This document shows, one piece after another, positions 57,795 through 64,000 of a DNA stretch of 64,000 nucleotides (positions are counted from its first letter, which is position 1; each line of letters opens with the position of its first letter). Made by a program: the position numbers and the translations under genes. This DNA comes from a virus. Below the pieces are notes generated by a model, which saw only the letters and a program-made list of their open reading frames with translations, was not told where the DNA came from and did not search any database. The stretch is from the IMG/VR virus record IMGVR_UViG_3300008740_000712, positions 55,131 through 119,130 of that record; one strand, written 5' to 3'.

Positions 57795-58621
57795 CAATTC
57801 ATTATATCCGATATCATGTCGAAGAGTTCTTGGGAGATTTTATCCCACTCGGCATCAGGCTCGTCTTCTGCCTTTGTCTTCTCTCTATTGAGAACGACTG
57901 CTGCTGTCTTAATTTGTTCGGGAGAATCATCAGCTAATGCTTCGATTGCCTCTTCATTGTCTTCGTCCTTTACTTGAAAGGAGTTTCTATCGAATCGAAC
58001 CTCATGTTGGAAAATAAAGTTTACAGGAACCATCTTGATTCCCAACTGCTTTGCAATTGCGAGCCTGTGGTTTCCTTCTCCGATTTTAGCAACACCATTC
58101 TTGCCTAGATTGACCATGATTGGATATTTGGGATTGAATCCTTTTTTGATACTCGCAACTAATGTGTCCCACTCTTCCTGATCTCCCCTGTGTTTCTCTG
58201 AACTCCAATCGTATTCCCTGATTGGCCAAAGATCTTCCACTGAGTAGAAACCGTGATAATTTAGATCTCCATGTCCAGTCATTGTACTTCCAGCATCATA
58301 TGCTTTTTTGCCGTCAATCCAATCTTCCAAAACATCCTTTATCGGTGGTGGGTTTTTTGGATTAATTCCATAATACCCTTCGTTTAGAGACTTCTCATCA
58401 TCGAGAGTTTTCTTACTCTTCTTTTCATCGGGCAAGAACTTCTCAATTCTGAACTTCAACATTGGTTTACCATTGATGGTGGGTTGTCCAAGTTCATCTT
58501 TTCCGATCTCTTTTACTTCGATTCTTTTGTTCTTATATTTCCCGCCTAAAACAATGTCACCAACCTCGATGTCAACGTCGATACTTTCTGCCAAGAACTT
58601 TCTCCACTTCCCTATCTTCAT
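57794..58621 (-). CDS. ParB/Srx-like domain protein with small N-terminal domain
   Basis: SIKKGFNPKYPIMV...IGEGNHRLAIAKQLG is a ParB-like GxHR motif. Confidence 0.7.
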   Translation of the reverse strand: MKIGKWRKFLAESIDVDIEVGDIVLGGKYKNKRIEVKEIGKDELGQPTINGKPMLKFRIEKFLPDEKKSKKTLDDEKSLNEGYYGINPKNPPPIKDVLEDWIDGKKAYDAGSTMTGHGDLNYHGFYSVEDLWPIREYDWSSEKHRGDQEEWDTLVASIKKGFNPKYPIMVNLGKNGVAKIGEGNHRLAIAKQLGIKMVPVNFIFQHEVRFDRNSFQVKDEDNEEAIEALADDSPEQIKTAAVVLNREKTKAEDEPDAEWDKISQELFDMISDIMN

Positions 58622-59490
58622 TACTTGACATCACTCTTTTGTGGGTTGCTATAATTTACGGCACCTGTTCCCAATGCTTTATTAACCTTGTCTTGTCCAC
58701 CTTCTCCGCCGGACTTACCTGCCTGTGGCATACCTTTTTCTCTCTCAAACTTGCCACGACGTTTTTGGATAATCTTATGGTTTTTTCCGTAATACTGTGC
58801 TGCCACCTCTTTAGATGGTTCCGGAATCTTCTTTGCCTCTACGAGAAGTCCCAACACTTCGTCGGTGATGTTTTCCGCAACAAACTTCATAACCTCACCA
58901 GTTCCCATCGTCATGAGATTGGCACCGGTAAGTGGTGCGGTAACAACATTCTGTGCCACGATAGCAATTGCCAGCTGGGTCATTTTAAGAGCATCCTCAG
59001 CAGACTTCAGTGCTGGCCCTGACATGCTATCAATCTTCACATCTGCCTCTGGGTTTGTCATCATGATTTGTGACCAACGATGGTGTCCGTCGAGAATGTA
59101 CTTATTGTTCCAAACAAAGAGTGGTACAGGCCCGGACTCATCAGTCATGACGATGGGGGTTCCCTTTAGACCAAGTGCTATCTCTGTTAGTCCATATCTA
59201 TTCACCATTTGGTCTTCTAAACTTTTAAGTAATCCGATTTCTGACTGCGTAGCATAAAGACTAGCAATTGGCACTACACCACCTTCATCAACGGTAACAA
59301 TCTCGTCACTGGGTTCTCCGTCAGTTTTTCCTGCTCTTGCTATTTTTTGGAAGTCGGGATCTTTAGCAACTTTCTTTAAGAAACTGGTATAATCATAAAG
59401 ACCTTTCTCTCCTGCTTTCTCAAAGTCGGCAGCTGCATCTTCCTTTACAAAGTTTCTAAAGTTTTCAAAAAGTTTCTTGGTATTAGTCAT
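58621..59490 (-). CDS. ParB/Srx-like domain protein
   Basis: LYATQSEI, YILDGHHRWSQ; GGAGG precedes ATG 59490. Confidence 0.7.
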   Translation of the reverse strand: MTNTKKLFENFRNFVKEDAAADFEKAGEKGLYDYTSFLKKVAKDPDFQKIARAGKTDGEPSDEIVTVDEGGVVPIASLYATQSEIGLLKSLEDQMVNRYGLTEIALGLKGTPIVMTDESGPVPLFVWNNKYILDGHHRWSQIMMTNPEADVKIDSMSGPALKSAEDALKMTQLAIAIVAQNVVTAPLTGANLMTMGTGEVMKFVAENITDEVLGLLVEAKKIPEPSKEVAAQYYGKNHKIIQKRRGKFEREKGMPQAGKSGGEGGQDKVNKALGTGAVNYSNPQKSDVK

Positions 59491-59522
59491 TCTAGTGACC
59501 TCCTGGGGGTTTTTCTTCACTT

Positions 59523-59530
59523 ATAAATAG
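59523..59530 (-). promoter_or_regulatory. Putative late promoter motif CTATTTAT
   Basis: Core of the recurrent motif, upstream of the ParB-like gene. Confidence 0.45.
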
Positions 59531-59535
59531 AATGC

Positions 59536-59880
59536 CTATGGGTGATTGTCAGGTTTCTTATCAAAAAAGTCTGCTGGAATGTATTTCTTGAGGAGTTTTG
59601 ACCAAATTGGTATATCAAGCCCTAAGAACCTTCGAGCTGAGTTGAAAGAACCACAGTATGATAAAGTAAATTTAATGATTGATTCTTTTATCAGGTGATC
59701 AATATTTTTCCATAGATGTAGCCCATAGGTTTTATCACCTATTGATTTATATATAAGCTCTAGCTTTAAAGAAATGATTTCTTCAATTGAAAGCTGATTG
59801 ATCTTTGTTTCAAAGTCGGGATCTGATCTTTTTTCTTTTCTAAGCTTAGCTATTAGAGAGTAGTTTTTAACTTTTGACAT
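59536..59880 (-). CDS. Small protein with Fis-like (HTH_8) helix-turn-helix
   Basis: IKESIIKFTLSYCGSFNSARRFLGLDIPIWSKLLKKY parallels the Fis/NtrC C-terminal pattern (ALxxxxGNxxxAAxxLGIxxxTLxxKLKKY). Confidence 0.55.
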   Translation of the reverse strand: MSKVKNYSLIAKLRKEKRSDPDFETKINQLSIEEIISLKLELIYKSIGDKTYGLHLWKNIDHLIKESIIKFTLSYCGSFNSARRFLGLDIPIWSKLLKKYIPADFFDKKPDNHP

Positions 59881-59972
59881 AATTTAAATTAATTAATTAA
59901 ATATAAAATATGTTTATATGAATATCATGGATCTCAGGATTTGTTAAAATGAATTTTTTTTGATGACTGATC

Positions 59973-60845
59973 TTATAAGGTTATATCAATATCATCATCT
60001 TCTTCTTCACCACCCAAATCATCAGGTGATCCCAGATCATCTTCACCACCCAATTCATCACCAGCTGGTTCTGCATCCATCTCTGCTTTTTCATCTTCGT
60101 ATTCGTCAGTAGATGGTTCAGCAACAACTCCCTTGAGTTCGTCTTCATATTTATCAAAATAAAGTTTCAAGTTAGTGAGAAGGTAGTCAGTAAACATATC
60201 TTCATCTTTGGGATTTGCGAGAATACTAAAAGAGTCAGAAATGTTTTGTTCAATCTTATCAAATGTTTTCGCAGCAAAGTTTCTTCCTGTTAAGTCGGCA
60301 TCTGCACTTTGCATGTCAATTGAACCATCACCATCAGCATCTGTTGCAGTTGAAGATCGAGGTGCGGTGATGTCAATGAACTTATCGAACTCACTTTCTG
60401 CTTCTTCAAGTTCATCAGCAGACATCCCCATTGGTTTCTCTTCCTCTTCACTACCAGCTTTTGCAATTGCAGAAGCATCGGCAGGATCTTCGACAACTCG
60501 AAGGCTGCCAAGTGTGTTTTGTACTGCTTTCACAAAGTGTGCTCTGTAAGAATCTCTTTGGTCGGTATTTGTGGTAAGTGACTTATAATCTCTTTCAATA
60601 ACGGGAAGAATTCTTTCCAATAAGTCAGTAAGAACATTGATACCGGTATTGCCATGAGGTGCAAAGTCGGTCTTCTCTTTGAGGATCATTTTTCTAACAT
60701 GCCTCCTCAGCTTTCTGTCTTCCGACAAAACAAAATCTTCTTTGTCGTTTATTACAGTCTTGGTAGTTATAAGCTTCTTTAAAATCTCTCGAACGCCTTG
60801 ACGTAATCTTAATTCTTGTAAAAACTCTTCTCTTGAAATCATCAT
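59973..60845 (-). CDS. Acidic hypothetical (probable head/scaffold-type) protein
   Basis: Very D/E-rich C-terminal half; AGAGGA RBS; late-type motif upstream. Confidence 0.65.
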   Translation of the reverse strand: MMISREEFLQELRLRQGVREILKKLITTKTVINDKEDFVLSEDRKLRRHVRKMILKEKTDFAPHGNTGINVLTDLLERILPVIERDYKSLTTNTDQRDSYRAHFVKAVQNTLGSLRVVEDPADASAIAKAGSEEEEKPMGMSADELEEAESEFDKFIDITAPRSSTATDADGDGSIDMQSADADLTGRNFAAKTFDKIEQNISDSFSILANPKDEDMFTDYLLTNLKLYFDKYEDELKGVVAEPSTDEYEDEKAEMDAEPAGDELGGEDDLGSPDDLGGEEEDDDIDITL

Positions 60846-60856
60846 AATAAAATCCT

Positions 60857-63001
60857 CTACCTATAAGTAGTATTTTTCTTTTTCTTCTTACCCATCGGAC
60901 CAGCAAAACCTTCCACTCCACCACCTGCAATGGAGGAAATCTCATTCATCTCTTCTGTCCACTTCATGAGAAATTCTAATGCTGCTTTATGGTCTTTGTC
61001 AACGAGATCCATAAATTTATCCTTAGCTTCTTCGGGAACGGACTTGTCAAAAATAAATTTGAAAGTCTCCTCGGCATAAAGGGGGTTATAATCTGCGGGA
61101 GCATTGCCCAACTCAGAAGCAACTTCGTTATAAAACTCCTCTACGAGATTGTAGAGGGCATCTCTACCAATGCCTACCCTCACAGGGTCTTTGGGTGCCT
61201 TTGCGATTACAGACGAACCTGGTGCTTCTGAGAGTATGTTTGACTTCACCATCTCGTAAATCTCTTGTCGTTCTTTTTTATCGAGCTTTGAGGGTAGGTT
61301 TTTCATGAAGTTTGCGTGATCTCCGTCTTTGGCAAAGTTCCTCATCTTAGTACCAGAGATACCACCGAATTTTACGGCATACATGGAGACATTAACGTCT
61401 TCCCTGTCCTTACCCACACCAGCATATCTTCCGTCGTCAATATCTTTTTTACCAAGAACGAGGACAACGGTTGTACCGGGGTCTAATTTCTTTACATAGT
61501 CATAGGTTGTTTGTATTGGACTTTTAGCATCCTTTACAAGTTCGGTGTGGCCAACTGGGATCATTCTACCTTGGTATCCATATTTTGCTATATACTTCTC
61601 CCATAACCAAAGTGATAATTCTACTGAGATTCCATCTCTTGGTTTTTCGGAAACAATAACGTAAACTTTATCTGCCTTATTCATTCCTGCTTCTGCTGCC
61701 TGGAAGTGGCCACTGTGTGGAGGTTTGAATCCACCGGGAAAGATGGCAATCGTTTGTCCCTCTCCACCATCTTCTTGCAACTTCCTCGTAGCAGCACCTT
61801 TGCCGTAACGGAGTATTCCCATGATTTGGTTGATGGGTGCAAAGTTGCCGGTGAACTTATAAGTGTTTCCGTCGTAATTGAATACAAACCCCTCTGCCGC
61901 AGAAGACACATTTTCCAAGTCTTTCAACTTTGCTAATTGCGATTGCAACTTATCCATCTCCTCTTCGTCACCAGTGTTGGTAATTTGCTGGATGGCTCTT
62001 TCAACATCTTTTCTCATACGGAATACTTCTGCATCATTGTCAAGAACATACAAACTGTGTACTCCCCTGAGCATTTCTACTGCGAAGTCGTGAATGGCAT
62101 CTTCAATAGGAAAGATTGCTCTCTTTAACAATAGGGGAGAGGTGTTGACAAAATCCTTTACTTGAACCTTTGTTTCATTTTCAGCACCATCTAGTTTTTT
62201 ATAGATGTCGGTGAGCTTAACTCCCTTCACCTTCATGACACGGGCAACAATCATCTTCTTTGCTTCCATTTCGATTTCAGGAAACATCTTCTCTGTTTCG
62301 TCTGAGACTACCTTGACCATGTAGTCACCAATGGTGTCTCCCTCACTAAGACCTTCGTCTGAGAGAACTTTCTTTATTCTTGTCATTGCTGTTTTGGCAT
62401 CCACATCACCACTCAATGCTCGAAGGGTTTGAACAGCATTCACAACGAGTCTATGTTCTCCTTGGTTTGCCAAGTCTTCAACTTGTTTGAAAATCTTTTC
62501 AATTAGTTCAACACCCTTCTTCGAAGGATCGGGTTTAGGTCCATCGTCGGTTCGAAGCATACCACCATCTCTATGAATGGTGACAACCTTAGTGTCATAC
62601 TGGATGACATTGGTTGTTTCGGGATTCATAACTTCAATGTTGTAAAACCTATTTGCTTGTGCTCCGAATATCTCATTCTGCATCTCTGTGGAAAGGTTCT
62701 TTACAAAACTCTCGAATGCACGAAGAGCATCTGCGAACGAATATTCTAATGGACCTCTGCCCCTAAACTTGTCTCCAAGTTCGTCGGCATCGATACCACC
62801 TCTTCCGATTTCTGATTTGTTTCTTGCTGCAATTGCCTTATCTTGCGGAATTGAAAAAGACACATACAGGTTTTGCCCGTCGGTCTTTTCAGTTCCTACG
62901 AGCTTACCTGCTGATGCTTTTTGGATTACGTCGAAGATGTCGGCAAATGACAAGTTGGGATTATCATATAGATGATACATGTGTCCGTAAAGACCACCCA
63001 T
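60857..63001 (-). CDS. Fusion of a ligase-like (KxDG) nucleotidyltransferase domain and a HIGH-family cytidyltransferase-like domain
   Basis: N-terminal TEKTDGQN, NIEVM, AEGFVF, YKFTG; C-terminal IAIFPGGFKPPHSGH, LVLGKKD, ISGTKMR. Confidence 0.65.
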   Translation of the reverse strand: MGGLYGHMYHLYDNPNLSFADIFDVIQKASAGKLVGTEKTDGQNLYVSFSIPQDKAIAARNKSEIGRGGIDADELGDKFRGRGPLEYSFADALRAFESFVKNLSTEMQNEIFGAQANRFYNIEVMNPETTNVIQYDTKVVTIHRDGGMLRTDDGPKPDPSKKGVELIEKIFKQVEDLANQGEHRLVVNAVQTLRALSGDVDAKTAMTRIKKVLSDEGLSEGDTIGDYMVKVVSDETEKMFPEIEMEAKKMIVARVMKVKGVKLTDIYKKLDGAENETKVQVKDFVNTSPLLLKRAIFPIEDAIHDFAVEMLRGVHSLYVLDNDAEVFRMRKDVERAIQQITNTGDEEEMDKLQSQLAKLKDLENVSSAAEGFVFNYDGNTYKFTGNFAPINQIMGILRYGKGAATRKLQEDGGEGQTIAIFPGGFKPPHSGHFQAAEAGMNKADKVYVIVSEKPRDGISVELSLWLWEKYIAKYGYQGRMIPVGHTELVKDAKSPIQTTYDYVKKLDPGTTVVLVLGKKDIDDGRYAGVGKDREDVNVSMYAVKFGGISGTKMRNFAKDGDHANFMKNLPSKLDKKERQEIYEMVKSNILSEAPGSSVIAKAPKDPVRVGIGRDALYNLVEEFYNEVASELGNAPADYNPLYAEETFKFIFDKSVPEEAKDKFMDLVDKDHKAALEFLMKWTEEMNEISSIAGGGVEGFAGPMGKKKKKNTTYR
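60863..60871 (-). promoter_or_regulatory. Putative late promoter motif ACTACTTAT
   Basis: Lies 18 nt upstream of the start of 59973-60845, just before its RBS. Confidence 0.45.
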
Positions 63002-63002
63002 T

Positions 63003-63257
63003 TTACTCCTCCTGATTTTCTTCTAAAATACTCAATCTTTCTTCGAGTGTTGTAACCTTCTCCATAAGTCTTTTGCTGTGTCTCTTTACATTTCGAACAT
63101 GCTCTTTAGCAATCTCAATGCGACGATGCTCAGACTTCGAGGAAGGTTTAAGTGCATAAACAATTTCTTCTAAAGATTGAATATAACTCATTAAACTCGG
63201 TGTGTCAAGTCTTTCTCCTAAAAGAAAGTTTTTTGTCATTTTTCGAAAGTCAACCAT
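63003..63257 (-). CDS. Hypothetical coiled-coil protein (84 aa)
   Basis: ORF tightly packed between neighbours; GGAG precedes the next gene. Confidence 0.65.
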   Translation of the reverse strand: MVDFRKMTKNFLLGERLDTPSLMSYIQSLEEIVYALKPSSKSEHRRIEIAKEHVRNVKRHSKRLMEKVTTLEERLSILEENQEE

Positions 63258-63443
63258 TTACTCTTCTTCTTCATCATCGTCTAGGATGGAGGAAAACACT
63301 TCCTTCACAGTCTTCATGGGGTTTTTCGCAATTGGCTCGGGTGCCGGTGCTTCGACCTCAACTGGTAGGACTTCTAAGACCTCTTCTCTCTGTTGTTCTC
63401 TAAGTAAGACCTTTTTTTGTCTTCTTCTTCTTGGGCTTGGCAT
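63258..63443 (-). CDS. Hypothetical protein (61 aa), basic N-terminus and acidic C-terminus
   Basis: AAGGAGA RBS; stop abuts the next ATG. Confidence 0.6.
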   Translation of the reverse strand: MPSPRRRRQKKVLLREQQREEVLEVLPVEVEAPAPEPIAKNPMKTVKEVFSSILDDDEEEE

Positions 63444-63459
63444 AATAAAATTCTCCTTA

Positions 63460-64000
63460 TTATTTCTTTTTCAAAGCATTTAACTTTGATTGTAAAGTTT
63501 TAATTTTCGCAGAAATACCTTCTGCAATCTCCCCACCACCTTCTTGGGGTACGAGTTGGTTGACATTCTTCAACAAGTTTCTCAAAACAAGAGTAAGTTC
63601 TTTTTCACCGACCTTTTCAGCACTCTGCATAAGTCCCCTCACTTGAGAAACCATGACATCTTGTAGTTTTGACACATTGGTGATTCTTCCACCGACAGCA
63701 TCACTTCGTTTGTCAGATGATGCTCGTGCTTTATCCATGTCTTTAGACAATTGTCCCTGATCTCCGAACTCTTCGGCCATTGTATGATCACCGTATTTTG
63801 TATCGGTCATCTCAGGATTGGCATCCATCTTGTCCATGATGGCAAGAACATCACCCTCTAAAGGAGTTCCCACTACCTTTGATCGAAGATTGTCGAGCAT
63901 CGCATACACATCTTGGGAAGGATTATCATTTCCCTGTGGTTCTTCACCGTCCATGTCGGCATACTCTTCACCGTATCGAGGTGACTCGTCAAGTTCTTCT
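63460..64000 (-). CDS. Acidic hypothetical protein, 5' partial
   Basis: The frame of the 63460-63954 ORF stays open to the right edge (EELDESPRYGEEYADM...). Confidence 0.65.
   Translation of the reverse strand, partial: EELDESPRYGEEYADMDGEEPQGNDNPSQDVYAMLDNLRSKVVGTPLEGDVLAIMDKMDANPEMTDTKYGDHTMAEEFGDQGQLSKDMDKARASSDKRSDAVGGRITNVSKLQDVMVSQVRGLMQSAEKVGEKELTLVLRNLLKNVNQLVPQEGGGEIAEGISAKIKTLQSKLNALKKK

Overview
The window is part of a large tailed-phage genome: jumbo-phage-like, myovirus-type, standard code 11, almost all genes on the minus strand. This assignment is inferred from gene content; no database search was possible. Layout: (1) 1-30.2 kb is a virion tail/baseplate module with very large structural proteins, a tail fibre, gp6-like and gp25-like wedge proteins, a spike-like protein and an M15 peptidase. 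(2) 30.2-31.8 kb holds a sigma-70-like factor and small genes. (3) 31.9-51.9 kb is a ~20 kb nucleotide-sugar/glycosyltransferase island with a nonulosonic-acid (NeuB) pathway, a GT29-like transferase, a split HldE and a GDP-fucose synthase. (4) 52-64 kb holds a PD-(D/E)XK nuclease, PIN-PhoH, a protease plus J-domain pair, an outer-membrane beta-barrel with its own promoter and terminator, ParB-like proteins and a ligase-like/nucleotidyltransferase fusion. The most striking feature is a 148-nt RNA gene at 40700-40847 (minus strand). It is an Ala-type tRNA (G3:U70, encoded CCA) whose anticodon arm is fused to a second, circularly permuted tRNA body, so both anticodon loops are masked. It sits directly downstream of a FemAB-like GNAT gene inside the glycan island, which suggests a tRNA-dependent, non-ribosomal aminoacylation system. 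All product names come from motif recognition by eye.
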